Part shown: positions 10,164 to 20,328 of the stretch, piece by piece | Layout: each line of letters begins with the position of its first letter | Position numbering within the stretch: the stretch's first letter is position 1 | Assembly (NCBI GenBank): GCA_963675745.2 | Contig: CAXXWX010000004.1 | Coordinates: 32,001-96,000, forward strand | From: Phycisphaerae bacterium | GTDB lineage: Bacteria > Planctomycetota > Phycisphaerae > UBA1845 > Fen-1342 | Length of the DNA: 64,000 nucleotides | Reading direction: 5' to 3' | Translations under genes and position numbers: made by a program | Notes under the pieces: generated by a model | The model's input: only the letters and a program-made list of their open reading frames with translations | What the model was told of the DNA's origin: nothing | Database searches by the model: none

Positions 10164-11813
10164 ATGCTCACATCGCGCACCAATCGAATCGCCGGAGCGG
10201 CGGGCGCCGTAGCGGCCCTGTTGTGCGCCGGCGTGCCCGCCAGCGCTCAGATCACGCTGGCCGGCGGCGTGTCCAGCGAGAGCCCCGACGGGCGGCGAAT
10301 CGGGGTCAATGGCGTGTTCATTCCGGACGCCGGCGCAACCGTCGGGTGGTGGTACTACGACTGGGGCGACGGCACGCGCAACACCGGCTTTTTCCCCATG
10401 TACCACCGCTACGCCACGCCCGGCAACTATACGATTCGCCTGGTCGGCTACGACGACCTCGGCAACACGGCCGAAGCAACTGCCCCACACAGCGTGCCCG
10501 ACCTGCCGCCGACCGACGTAAGTTACGTGGTCTTGGCGCGCACGTTCCTCGGGCTCCAGCCGGCAGACAGCCGGACGGTCATGCTCAGCGCTTACGATGA
10601 CGCCGGCACACCGCTGTCGCTGGACGGCCGGCTGGTGGAACTTTACGCGCCGGCGCCCGATGTGATTCAAGCTTCGATAGCGCCCGATGGGATCGAGATA
10701 ACCGCGGTCGATTCGCCGAACTCCGAGACAGCCTCCGCCTGGGTATACGCCTATGTCGACGGCGTGGAATGTCAGCGGCCGCTGTTCGTGATCGTCAACG
10801 AAAACCCCGCTGACTACTCCAGCGTTGAGGGTGTACACAGCGCGTTTTATTTGCCCACCTGGTTCTTTGATACGGCATATTTGTCAGAGGCGGACCATGC
10901 GACGATCGTGGATCTCGTTTACGACGAATTCAGCTTGTTGATGGGCTGTGACCCGGCGATCGCGGGGGCACCAGCCATGCAGGGGGTTTCCTACATTCCG
11001 GCGGTCCACGGCGCCAACGGCAATCCGCTGGTGATCGGCGACAGCGCGGCCCCGGTGAATGGCTGGCCACAATTGGGTATCTTCTTCCACGAAATGGGCC
11101 ACAACTTCCATGCCTATCGGATGCTGCTCAACTCCGGCGCCGTCTCCGGCGCCCTGTATCAGGAGACATTGGCGGAATGGCATGTGCAGTTCGGGTGCAA
11201 TCGCCTGCTTGACTTGCACGCCGACGAACTGAGCCTGGCCGCCCACGCCGGCCTGACGCGCGCGCGCGACGACGGCCGCGCATATCACCTGTGGGAGTAC
11301 AATAACTACGTCGCGGGTGGTATGGTCTTTGACTTCGGCACGATCATGCCGTCACATGTTCTTGTCCAGAAAATCTACGAGCTCTGCGACCTGCACGGTT
11401 GGGACAAGCTGCGGACGTTTTACAATCTCTTCGATATCCCGCGCATGGCCGCGTTAAGCGACGTCTACGGTTCGTTCGGCGGCGGGACGGATGTCTATCG
11501 CCTGTCGGCGTTGGTTGCGGCTCTCGGGTTGACGTTTGGCGAGGATCTGCGGCCGATGTTCACGTCGCTCAATTTCCCGATTGACGACGCGTTTCATGAC
11601 GCCGTCTGGGATGCGCTGGTGACGGCGGGGGCTGACATTGACCGTGACAGCGACGTTGACATTGATGACTTCGACTTGCTCGCGGTGTGCATGAGCGGCC
11701 CGGCGCTGGCGCCCGAGCCGGTCTGCGAGTCGGCGGACATCACGCTCGACGGCGCCGTGGATCTCTCCGACACGGCGGTATTCCAGCGCGCCTTTGACGC
11801 CAGCGGCTATTAG
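10164..11813 (+). CDS. Secreted zinc metallopeptidase-like protein (PKD domain, HEXXH...E gluzincin-type motif, dockerin-like C-terminus)
   Basis: Signal peptide; YDWGDG...HRYATPGNYTIRL (PKD); FFHEMGHNF followed by QETLAE; ADIDRDSDVDIDDF...ADITLDGAVDLSDTAVFQRAF. Confidence 0.8.
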   Translation: MLTSRTNRIAGAAGAVAALLCAGVPASAQITLAGGVSSESPDGRRIGVNGVFIPDAGATVGWWYYDWGDGTRNTGFFPMYHRYATPGNYTIRLVGYDDLGNTAEATAPHSVPDLPPTDVSYVVLARTFLGLQPADSRTVMLSAYDDAGTPLSLDGRLVELYAPAPDVIQASIAPDGIEITAVDSPNSETASAWVYAYVDGVECQRPLFVIVNENPADYSSVEGVHSAFYLPTWFFDTAYLSEADHATIVDLVYDEFSLLMGCDPAIAGAPAMQGVSYIPAVHGANGNPLVIGDSAAPVNGWPQLGIFFHEMGHNFHAYRMLLNSGAVSGALYQETLAEWHVQFGCNRLLDLHADELSLAAHAGLTRARDDGRAYHLWEYNNYVAGGMVFDFGTIMPSHVLVQKIYELCDLHGWDKLRTFYNLFDIPRMAALSDVYGSFGGGTDVYRLSALVAALGLTFGEDLRPMFTSLNFPIDDAFHDAVWDALVTAGADIDRDSDVDIDDFDLLAVCMSGPALAPEPVCESADITLDGAVDLSDTAVFQRAFDASGY

Positions 11814-11845
11814 CCCGGCATGATGATGCCGGTGAGGCAATTGCT

Positions 11846-12844
11846 TTGACGACATGCGGCAAACCGACGCGCAGGGCGGCGTTCTCTTTATTCTGGCGTC
11901 GGTGGTGGCGACGTGGAGTCGATGCGTTGCCCGCGACGGCTTTCGTCTGCGTCGCGCTGGCGCTGCTTATCCGGTTGACCATTCGCGACCACATCGCCCT
12001 GCTCGCCGCGCTGTACTACGCAACTCCCCCTATCGTGCTGGCCGGGGGCGCGGGGCTGGCGGGTGGTATGTGGTTTAAGCGGGGGAAACGCCGTCCGGCG
12101 CTGGTATCCCTGGCCATAGCGCTCGTGTGCCTGGTCTGGTGGCACCAGGTGTCATTCGGATACCGTGCGCGAGTCGATTCGCCCGGCGTTCATCGACTGG
12201 TGCTATGGAACATTGCTCACGGTCATCGGAGCCCCGCGGGCATCGCGCGCGAGTTGGCCGCACTGAGGCCTGATATCGCGGTGCTCGTTGAGGCCTGGCT
12301 GTCACCAGACTGCCACAGAGCGTTGCGACAGGCTTTTCCGGACTACGAATTCTCGAGTTCGAGCGGTGGCCTGCTGATCATGACGCGCGGGCACCTCTCG
12401 CACGGCGGGGTTCACCGGCTCGGGCGCGGCATGCGTCAAAAGACGGTGGACATCGTGCTCGATGAGCAGGAACTCACGCTTGTCGCCGTGGACGGCGAAT
12501 CAAACCCAGTTATCCCGAGAGCCCCGGCTCTGCGCGCGCTGGCCGACGTAATTGCGCCGCGCGCCGCTGGACCGCTGATCATCGCCGGCGACTTCAATAC
12601 CCCACCGGATTCGGTTCATTTGAGCGCGCTGCGCAAGCTGGTCAGCCGCGCTGCCGAGACGTGTGGCGTCGGGTACACGCCGACGTGGCCAACACCATTG
12701 CCGGTATTGACACTCGACCAGGTCTGGCACAATGACGCGATTCGCCCGGTCAGCCGCTACTGCGCATCGACCTGGCGCTCGGACCATCGCCCGGTGATCT
12801 TCGAATTCGCCCGCAGCTCCAGTGAGGGTGGTCTGGATAACTAA
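11846..12844 (+). CDS. Membrane-anchored endonuclease/exonuclease/phosphatase (EEP) family protein
   Basis: Three N-terminal TMs; LWNI, PDIAVLVE, IIAGDFNTPP, LDQVW, SDHRPV motifs; start uncertain. Confidence 0.85.
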   Translation: MTTCGKPTRRAAFSLFWRRWWRRGVDALPATAFVCVALALLIRLTIRDHIALLAALYYATPPIVLAGGAGLAGGMWFKRGKRRPALVSLAIALVCLVWWHQVSFGYRARVDSPGVHRLVLWNIAHGHRSPAGIARELAALRPDIAVLVEAWLSPDCHRALRQAFPDYEFSSSSGGLLIMTRGHLSHGGVHRLGRGMRQKTVDIVLDEQELTLVAVDGESNPVIPRAPALRALADVIAPRAAGPLIIAGDFNTPPDSVHLSALRKLVSRAAETCGVGYTPTWPTPLPVLTLDQVWHNDAIRPVSRYCASTWRSDHRPVIFEFARSSSEGGLDN

Positions 12845-12867
12845 ATCGGATTTACACAGATTCTGAC

Positions 12868-12892
12868 GAAACCTCGGCCGGCCCCAAACGTA
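12868..12892 (+). promoter_or_regulatory. Candidate ECF-sigma promoter (GAAAC-N16-CGTA)
   Basis: GAAAC 12868-12872, 16-nt spacer, CGTA 12889-12892; matches the SigW-type ECF promoter architecture. Confidence 0.45.
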
Positions 12893-12931
12893 TATACGAG
12901 TGGATTTCGAGTGAGTGGTTCATTCGAGGAA

Positions 12932-12976
12932 CGCGGCTGACCTGGCACGGCGGCGGGTCAGTCGCGGCTCTTTTTT
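12932..12976 (+). terminator. Rho-independent terminator
   Basis: Stem CGCGGCTGACC / GGTCAGTCGCG (one G-U pair) followed by GCTCTTTTTT. Confidence 0.75.
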
Positions 12977-12995
12977 GCGCGGACTGTGCGGTTGG

Positions 12996-14585
12996 CTAGG
13001 GTGCGGTCGGCGCCATGCCGTCCAGCACATAGATATCGCCCACGCGCCGCCACTCGGCGCCCGCCACGCCATAGTCCGGCTCGTCGCGGTCGCGCGGGAC
13101 CAGGATTACCGGCTGGCCCTCCCCGAGCCATTTGCGCAGAAGCGCCGCGCGCCGCTCGCGTTCGGTGTCGTCGGGCGTCGCCGCGTACGATTCAATCGTG
13201 ACCGAGCGCGGTGCCTGGCTCACCGCCTGCGCGTAGAGCAACCCGTAGCGCATCATGCCGTCGCCCAGCAACACGTGGCCATTGTCGCCGGCGTGTGCGA
13301 ACACGTCTTGATTCAGGCGCTCCGCGGCGTCGTCACCGATCCCCCATGGGAGGAAGAACGCGGCGTAGCCATCGCGATACGGCTTGCTCCCCACGGCCGA
13401 GCGCAGTAGTCCACGAGCGGCAAGCACCTTGCTGGTCGCCCAGTACGTGATCGGGTTGAGCGCGATGCTGGCCAGCACAACCACCAGCACGAGCCCGCCA
13501 CGCCGGCCGCCAAAGCGGCGCGACAGCCCGGCAACTCCCCAGCCGGCGAAGACGGCCAGGATCGCGTAAGTCGGCACAAAAAACGTGTACTGATCGACGA
13601 TATCGTAGCGCAGCACGAAGAGCACATGGAGGATGAGCTCGGCTAGCAGCACGCGGTACAGCGTGCTTGTCACCGTTCTCCACATCCCGACGCCAACAAA
13701 CACCAGCAGCAGCGCGAGATTCGGGAAGTTGTAGACCGCGTAGCCACAAGACATTGCCAGCGAACGCAGTGAGATAGAGCTGTTGAACACGGCGTGGCTG
13801 AACTCGCCCACCAACGCCGAGCGGATTGTGCCACCCAGGTCACCGGTCTCGATCAGCGTGGCGAGGATCAGCAGTGTGTATGGCAGCGTACCGCAGAGCC
13901 AGGCGGTACCCGTCAGCACCAAGTCGCGCGCGCCGACGCGCCCACTCCGGCCGGCCAGCCCGATGACCACGACGTCCACTACCGTCGCGAGCACTGCCAA
14001 CATGTGAGTCGCAATCCCGAGCCCGTTGGCCAGCGCCAGGGCCACGAGCCAGCGCGGCCGGCCCGTTCGTGTGTAGGCCAGAAGCGCGAGCCATTCGGTA
14101 CTGAGCAGGGCGGCGATAAGCGCGTACGACTCCGTATGAGTGCCATGCTGCCAGAAGGTGTGGGCGAGGGCCAAAGATGCCGCCGAGACGATACCCGCCG
14201 AGCGGCGCCCGGTGGTCAGGGCCACGAATGTGCCGACGTTGGCCACGGCGACGGCGGCGGCCAGGGCGCTGACCAGCGTGATGGCGAAGGCGGGCTCGAG
14301 CCACGGCACCAGAATAGCCAGTCGGCCGAGGTAGTGCTGCACCGGGTGTGTCAGCGCGAGTCCGAGCGGATGCTCAATCTGACCGGTGACGATGCGCACC
14401 TGCTGCCAGCCGGAATCCTGCCACTGTGGTCCGCGACTGGCGGTTGCCGCGTAAAGCACGAGCGCCGGCAGAAACACGCCGAGCCACAGCCAGCGGGCGC
14501 GGCCATCATGGGTGGGCGCACATGCGGCGTCTGCCCGTGCGCTGGGCGTGGTCGGCGAATCGGATGCGGGTATGTTGTCGGTCAC
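12996..14585 (-). CDS. Polytopic membrane protein, DUF2723 / GT-C fold glycosyltransferase-like
   Basis: LYAATASRGPQWQDSG, HPLG...HP, FWQHGTHTESY, GLGIATH; many TM segments. Confidence 0.7.
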   Translation of the reverse strand: MTDNIPASDSPTTPSARADAACAPTHDGRARWLWLGVFLPALVLYAATASRGPQWQDSGWQQVRIVTGQIEHPLGLALTHPVQHYLGRLAILVPWLEPAFAITLVSALAAAVAVANVGTFVALTTGRRSAGIVSAASLALAHTFWQHGTHTESYALIAALLSTEWLALLAYTRTGRPRWLVALALANGLGIATHMLAVLATVVDVVVIGLAGRSGRVGARDLVLTGTAWLCGTLPYTLLILATLIETGDLGGTIRSALVGEFSHAVFNSSISLRSLAMSCGYAVYNFPNLALLLVFVGVGMWRTVTSTLYRVLLAELILHVLFVLRYDIVDQYTFFVPTYAILAVFAGWGVAGLSRRFGGRRGGLVLVVVLASIALNPITYWATSKVLAARGLLRSAVGSKPYRDGYAAFFLPWGIGDDAAERLNQDVFAHAGDNGHVLLGDGMMRYGLLYAQAVSQAPRSVTIESYAATPDDTERERRAALLRKWLGEGQPVILVPRDRDEPDYGVAGAEWRRVGDIYVLDGMAPTAP

Positions 14586-14732
14586 GGGGCGCCAGCATAT
14601 CGCATCGACGCGCGTCGCGAAATGTACCGCGCTTGCAGGCTCCAGCGGGCCTCTTAGCCTGCAACTGATGAGATCATACCAGCGGTTGATTGGAGTCGCG
14701 TCCGCCTGCCCGGATAGTCTGCCCGCGCGTGA

Positions 14733-15371
14733 TTACTCGCGCTGCGCGAAGAGATCCTCAACGCCTTGCGTCGCACGCCGCATCTCTTCGAGTAGTTCCT
14801 GGTCAAACGGCTGTGCGCACTCTGGACAGCGTGCCTGTTCAAGGCCCACCAGTGGGTATTGGCAGCACTCGCAGCGATAACGCCGACTGGGGTCGTTACG
14901 GCGGCGGCGTTCGGCAAGGCGGGAAAACGCGACGAAGCACGGCGCCCATGCAATCAGCGCCACGGCTGTCAATGCCATCAGGCTGTCGCACGGGCGGGCC
15001 ATGATACGCGTGGGGCCGACGATCCACGCGACCAACAGGAGCGCGAGCGGTATCGCCACGGCGGCGGCGCGCCACGCCTGGGTGCGGATATCGCGGACGA
15101 TAGCCACGACGCGCCCGCTCTGGATTTTGTCGAGCGTGGCCAGTGCCGCCCGCGCTCGCGACACCTCGTCGGATGGTACTACGAGGTATTGCGTCGGCGG
15201 GCCGTCGGTGGCCGGCCACTTGCGCGGCGGACGGAAACTCTCCGCGTGCAGACCGTTGGCGAGCAGATGCCGGCGCGCTGCGCGGGCCAGTTCGGGCCAA
15301 TCCGTCATGTAGACAACTTCGCGCATCGCCTGACCGCTCGCACAGGCAGCCGGTGGTCGCGGCGGCGACAT
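14733..15371 (-). CDS. Hypothetical membrane protein with C-terminal zinc ribbon
   Basis: Two TMs then CECCQYPLVGLEQARCPECAQPF; start uncertain. Confidence 0.65.
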   Translation of the reverse strand: MSPPRPPAACASGQAMREVVYMTDWPELARAARRHLLANGLHAESFRPPRKWPATDGPPTQYLVVPSDEVSRARAALATLDKIQSGRVVAIVRDIRTQAWRAAAVAIPLALLLVAWIVGPTRIMARPCDSLMALTAVALIAWAPCFVAFSRLAERRRRNDPSRRYRCECCQYPLVGLEQARCPECAQPFDQELLEEMRRATQGVEDLFAQRE

Positions 15372-15541
15372 AGCCCCCGCGACCCGTCATTCTACGCCCT
15401 TTGCCCGCGCTGAACCCATCTGCTAAGCTGTGAAACCCGACTATTCAAGAGCGGGCATCGGCTCATGGCCGGCTCGCAAGAACGTCCGACTCGGGGGTCG
15501 GGCGCCACAGGCAAACGTGATTGCTTTAGAAAGGTGCAAGC

Positions 15542-17098
15542 ATGTCCGACTTCCTCAAGACCCTCGGTATCGAAGGCACAAACCCCGGCGGCTTTGGCGG
15601 TGAATGGCTGGGTTCCGGCCCGACGCTGGACGTGATCACGCCGATCGATGGTTCCAAGATCGCGTCGGTCCAGCAGGTCACCGAGGCCGAGTATGACCAG
15701 GTCGTCGATCGCGCCCACCAGGCGTTCTTGAAGTGGCGCGAGTTGCCGGCCCCCAAGCGCGGGGAGGTCGTACGTCTGCTCGGCAATCGGCTGCGCGAGG
15801 TTAAGCGGGAGTTGGGGGCGCTGGTGACGCTCGAAATGGGCAAGATCGCCGCCGAGGGCGCCGGCGAAGTGCAGGAGATGATCGACATCTGTGATTTCGC
15901 CGTCGGACTCTCGCGCCAGCTCTACGGGCTGACGATGCACTCCGAACGGCCGCAGCATCGCATGTACGAGCAATGGCACCCGCTGGGCGTGGTCGGCGTG
16001 ATCAGCGCGTTTAACTTCCCGGTGGCGGTCTGGAGCTGGAACGGCGCGATAGCCGCCGTCTGCGGCGACAGCACGCTCTGGAAACCCGCCAGCAAGACGC
16101 CCTTGACCGCGATTGCCTGCACCAGGATCGCACAGCAGGTCTGCGAGGCGGTGGGGGTGGACCCGGCGATTTTCTCGCTGACAATCGGCAAGGGTTCAAG
16201 CGTTGGTGAGAGGCTGCTGAACGACAAGCGCATCCCGCTCGTTTCCGCCACTGGTAGCTGCAAGATGGGCTATCGTGTCGGGTCGGTTGTCGGCGAGCGT
16301 CTCGGACGCACCATTCTGGAGCTCGGCGGCAACAACGCCATCATCGTCACGCCCAGCGCCGACCTCGACATGGCCCTGCGCGCGATTCTCTTCGGCGCCG
16401 TGGGCACGGCCGGGCAGCGCTGCACATCCACCCGGCGCATCATCGCGCACGAGTCGGTCAGACCGGAGCTGGTCAAGCGGCTGGTCGGCGCGTATGAGAC
16501 GATCACGATCGGCGATCCGCGCAAGAGTGACACGCTCATGGGGCCGCTGGTAACGCATCAGGCCGTCGCAGACATGCAAAACGCCATCGGCCGTATCAGG
16601 AGCGAGGGTGGGGAGATTCTCTACGGCGGCGAGCAGCTCGACGGGCCCGATTTCCCCGGCGGCCACTATGTCAAGCCGTGCATCGCCGCGGCTGAAAACG
16701 AGTTTGCGATAGTCCAGGAAGAGACCTTCGCCCCGATCCTGTACATCATCGGCTACGGCTCCAAGAGCGGCACCGCGGCCTCAGCGGTGAAAGAGATCGA
16801 CGCGGCTATCGCGCTGCACAACAACGTCCCCCAGGGCCTCAGCTCGGCGATTTTCAGCACGAACATGCTTGAAACGGAGCGCTTCCTGGCCCACGCCGGC
16901 AGCGATTGCGGCATCGCCAATGTCAACATCGGCACCAGCGGGGCCGAGATCGGCGGTGCGTTCGGCGGCGAGAAAGAAACCGGCGGCGGCCGCGAGAGCG
17001 GCTCAGACGCCTGGAAGGCCTACATGCGCCGCCAGACCAACACGATCAACTGGGGCACCGAGCTACCGCTGGCACAGGGGATCAAGTTTGGAGATTAG
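15542..17098 (+). CDS. Aldehyde dehydrogenase, ALDH7/antiquitin-like (piperideine-6-carboxylate / aminoadipate-semialdehyde dehydrogenase type)
   Basis: GVISAFNFPVAVW, LELGGNNA, GTAGQRCTSTRR, EETFAPILY, GAFGGEKETGGGRESGSDAWKAYMRRQT, LPLAQGIKF. Confidence 0.92.
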   Translation: MSDFLKTLGIEGTNPGGFGGEWLGSGPTLDVITPIDGSKIASVQQVTEAEYDQVVDRAHQAFLKWRELPAPKRGEVVRLLGNRLREVKRELGALVTLEMGKIAAEGAGEVQEMIDICDFAVGLSRQLYGLTMHSERPQHRMYEQWHPLGVVGVISAFNFPVAVWSWNGAIAAVCGDSTLWKPASKTPLTAIACTRIAQQVCEAVGVDPAIFSLTIGKGSSVGERLLNDKRIPLVSATGSCKMGYRVGSVVGERLGRTILELGGNNAIIVTPSADLDMALRAILFGAVGTAGQRCTSTRRIIAHESVRPELVKRLVGAYETITIGDPRKSDTLMGPLVTHQAVADMQNAIGRIRSEGGEILYGGEQLDGPDFPGGHYVKPCIAAAENEFAIVQEETFAPILYIIGYGSKSGTAASAVKEIDAAIALHNNVPQGLSSAIFSTNMLETERFLAHAGSDCGIANVNIGTSGAEIGGAFGGEKETGGGRESGSDAWKAYMRRQTNTINWGTELPLAQGIKFGD

Positions 17099-17239
17099 GG
17101 TCGCGGGCCCGCGCCACGCTGCACAATGGCGTGGGCATCCGGCGTAGCCGACAGCCGTCGCGGCAGCTTCCTTTTGTTGCCGCAGTGGGCATAATGGTGT
17201 AGCCATCCATCTCAAGCCGATCCTGGTCGGAGCAGGGTG

Positions 17240-19273
17240 ATGACTACTGATGGCTCGTCCCCCCAGTGCGGCGCTTCATCACGGGAAGAGCGGCTCCAGC
17301 GGCTGCTGGCCGACGTTGCTGCCCGGCGTTTGGCTGGTGAGGATCTGCCCGACCGAGACATCATTGCCACGCATGCCGATCTGATGCCGGAGCTCGGCCG
17401 GCAGCTCGCGGCAATTGGCCGCGTCGAGCAGGCGCAGCGACATGCCATAGCCAACCCGGACGGCCGCGAAACAGAGGTCGTCACACTGACATCCACGCGG
17501 CCCCGGGCCGCGTTGCGCCACCGTGACGCCACCAACGTCCCGAAGACGCTCGGCACTTATCGACTTCTCGAAGAACTCGGCCGTGGCGGCATGGGGTGCG
17601 TCTGGCTGGCCGAGAACACACTTCTCAAGCAGCGGGTGGCCATCAAGTTTCTCCTGCACATACACCGTGACCACGACGCATTTGACGCGGACGAGTTCTT
17701 CACGGGACCGCGGTCGGCGGTGAATATTCAGCATCCGAATCTGTGCCGCATATACGCGGCCGATGTTGTTGGCGACATTCCATACATCGTGCACGAGTTC
17801 ATCGATGGAATGTCTGTCGGGCAGCTCTACAGACGTGGCGGCGCGCTCGCGGAGGATGAGGTGCTGTATGTGCTTCATGCAGTGGCCAAAGCGCTTTCGG
17901 AGCTGCACCGCAATGACATCTGCCACCGTGATGTGAAACCCGACAACATCATGCTGTCCCGCACGGGGGCAATCCTGCTGACCGACTTCGGTCTGTGCGT
18001 GAGGCTAATGGGGGGATTGTCGCGGGTGGGTGTCGCCGGCACGCCGATCTTCATGCCGCCTGAGTCGCAGCCATCGCCTAAGGCCGACGTCTACTGCCTG
18101 GGGTTGACGGCGCACGTGTTGCTGACAGGGGTGCTCCCCGACAGGGCGCTGGATCGACAATCGGCGGCCTTTGAGAAGAGCCTGCGGGCGCAACTGGTGG
18201 CGGCTTCTGTCAGCGATCCCTGGTGTGAGTTCGTGCGACGCTGTACGCGTCCCAACCCGATCTACCGCTTCAAAAACGGCGCGCAGGCTGCGGCCTATCT
18301 GGGTGACATGACCGGCAGCCATGGCGCGCAGGCGACGCGCGACCGCCTGCTTGCCAGGATGAGTCCGGACGCAGGCACACCGGCAATCAGTGCCGACGAT
18401 GCACCGCCGAAGTCGTACTACGACGCACTGTCCGCGGTCGCGATGAGCAGGAAAGACGCCAAAGTGGCGGAGGCCGCCGTGGAGACGCCCATCCGCCCGT
18501 TTCGTGGAGGCCCGCCCGCAGCAAGATTGCATGCGGACGTACCTTGTGCTGGGTGTGGCTATAACCTGCGATACCAGGGGATCGATGATTGCTGTCCGGA
18601 GTGTGGTGTGGATGTTGAACGCAGCCTGGATCGCACACGACTGTGCTTTGAGAATCGCGAGACGCTCAAACCGATCATTGCGGCGCTACGCATGACACTG
18701 ATGTGCTACACGCTTGTATTGGTGTCGCCATTCGTCGCCGTAGGCGTCTATCGGGCAGGTTTGACGTTTCTCCCGGCGGCGGCTGTCATTTATTCCCTCA
18801 TCACGCCGGCATTGGTCACGTGGCTTTTCTACCTCGGGCGCTTGATTGACCTGCTGTTTGACGGATCATTGGAGTCGCGCCCGTCTCCAATCCCGCGGTC
18901 GTGGAAGGACTGGGCACCCGGCGCTCTATTCGCGATCATCTACCCCGTGTACCTGATCTTCAAAGTCATCGCCTGCATCAGTGCCTTCGCAGACAATGCA
19001 GAGGTGTTCGCGCAGCGCTTCCCGCACCCAACGGCCGTCTGGCTCTTGCGCAGGCAGCTTCCAGTTTTCGCGGCGACATTCTTCGCACAGGTGGCGGCCA
19101 GTTTGACGCTCAATCTGCCGCTGATAGTGCTTGTATCCAGTTTGCATGCCTGGCACCTGATCACACTAGCGGTGCTGCTCCATGCCACGGTTCGTGTCGC
19201 GCATAATCTAGTCTCATGCACCGAGCTCTACGCGATGGGGGTCTATGCGGATGACACATCGCCGCTCGAATGA
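17240..19273 (+). CDS. Ser/Thr protein kinase with C-terminal zinc ribbon and membrane domain
   Basis: LGRGGMGCVW, VAIK, HRDVKPDNIML, DFG, GTPIFMPPE, DVYCLG; CAGCGYNLRY...CPECG; several TMs. Confidence 0.9.
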   Translation: MTTDGSSPQCGASSREERLQRLLADVAARRLAGEDLPDRDIIATHADLMPELGRQLAAIGRVEQAQRHAIANPDGRETEVVTLTSTRPRAALRHRDATNVPKTLGTYRLLEELGRGGMGCVWLAENTLLKQRVAIKFLLHIHRDHDAFDADEFFTGPRSAVNIQHPNLCRIYAADVVGDIPYIVHEFIDGMSVGQLYRRGGALAEDEVLYVLHAVAKALSELHRNDICHRDVKPDNIMLSRTGAILLTDFGLCVRLMGGLSRVGVAGTPIFMPPESQPSPKADVYCLGLTAHVLLTGVLPDRALDRQSAAFEKSLRAQLVAASVSDPWCEFVRRCTRPNPIYRFKNGAQAAAYLGDMTGSHGAQATRDRLLARMSPDAGTPAISADDAPPKSYYDALSAVAMSRKDAKVAEAAVETPIRPFRGGPPAARLHADVPCAGCGYNLRYQGIDDCCPECGVDVERSLDRTRLCFENRETLKPIIAALRMTLMCYTLVLVSPFVAVGVYRAGLTFLPAAAVIYSLITPALVTWLFYLGRLIDLLFDGSLESRPSPIPRSWKDWAPGALFAIIYPVYLIFKVIACISAFADNAEVFAQRFPHPTAVWLLRRQLPVFAATFFAQVAASLTLNLPLIVLVSSLHAWHLITLAVLLHATVRVAHNLVSCTELYAMGVYADDTSPLE

Positions 19274-19527
19274 GACGGAGCTGGCACCGGGCAAGCAAGA
19301 TGGGCGACCGGCGCGGGCACGGTTCGGACGCCCGCGGAGACGATAGGCACGGCTACCGCCGGCTTGGCTCCCGCCTGTAGCAGGTGAGTGGCACGGTTGC
19401 TGACGGATACGCCGCAGTGATCGGCGCCGGTTGTTGCCGCATCCGTGTCGGTGGACATGTGTATAAGCCCATGCGCCTGGCCTGCGGGATGGTCTTGGCG
19501 CGGCCCTCCTTCGCGCGGAGCATCGTC

Positions 19528-20154
19528 ATGACGAACGGAGTCGTCGCCGCTGCCCGGAACACGCTTTTCGTTGTCGGGTTGCTCGCCGTCGTGGGCGTAT
19601 CGGCGTATACCGCCGGCACGCTGTCGCCGCGGGTCTCGTGGGGTGCGGGCCCGCCGGCCAAGTTGCCTGATGTCGCCGCCGCGTTCAGGTTTCTCAAGCG
19701 CGAGCCGCTCAGTTTTCTGGTCACCGAGCGCGTGGTGACCCAGGTTGTCACCGAGGCGCACAACGGCAACCTGATCCTCGGCTACGGCAACGGGCTGCTG
19801 GTCGGCAAGGTCGAGCTGCTTTATGGCGTGGACCTGGCGGAGCTCGATCTGGACGCCGTCGAACTTCGCGGCGAGACGATCCATGTGCGCGTGCCCGAAC
19901 CGCGCTTGCTGACGTATGATCCGGATCTGACGTCGTTGCGCTATATTGAGAAGAAGTCCGCCCTGTTGGTCGCGGTCGATCGCGTACGCGACGAGAGCCT
20001 CCTGCGGCGGTGCCTGGGACGGCTGGAAGCGGCGGCCGGTGAATTCGCCGCCACCAGCGGGCTGGTTCCGCGGCGTGAGGAGCTTGTCAGCCGGCTGAAT
20101 GACTATGCGCCGGCGCTTCGGGCGCAAGTTGGCGCGCGGGTTGTGTTCGAATAG
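19528..20154 (+). CDS. DUF4230-like membrane-anchored protein
   Basis: N-terminal TM; GKVELLYGVDLAEL, IHVRVPEPRLL resemble the DUF4230 pattern. Confidence 0.6.
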   Translation: MTNGVVAAARNTLFVVGLLAVVGVSAYTAGTLSPRVSWGAGPPAKLPDVAAAFRFLKREPLSFLVTERVVTQVVTEAHNGNLILGYGNGLLVGKVELLYGVDLAELDLDAVELRGETIHVRVPEPRLLTYDPDLTSLRYIEKKSALLVAVDRVRDESLLRRCLGRLEAAAGEFAATSGLVPRREELVSRLNDYAPALRAQVGARVVFE

Positions 20155-20163
20155 GAATCAGTA

Positions 20164-20238
20164 GTGAAACGCGCCGCAATCATCATCGTTCTGAGCGCGC
20201 TGGCGCTGTATCTGGTGCTGCGCTTTACGACCTGCTGA
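20164..20238 (+). CDS. Possible small hydrophobic peptide (24 aa)
   Basis: GTG start after AGGA: MKRAAIIIVLSALALYLVLRFTTC-TGA; directly follows the DUF4230-like gene. Confidence 0.35.
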   Translation: MKRAAIIIVLSALALYLVLRFTTC

Positions 20239-20328
20239 GCATGGCGGCCAGCCGCGGGGCGGTTTCAACGGCCACGCGGCTCACCGTCGCTCCCGGCCGA
20301 CGGGGACGTCGGCCCGTTACTGGTGAGC

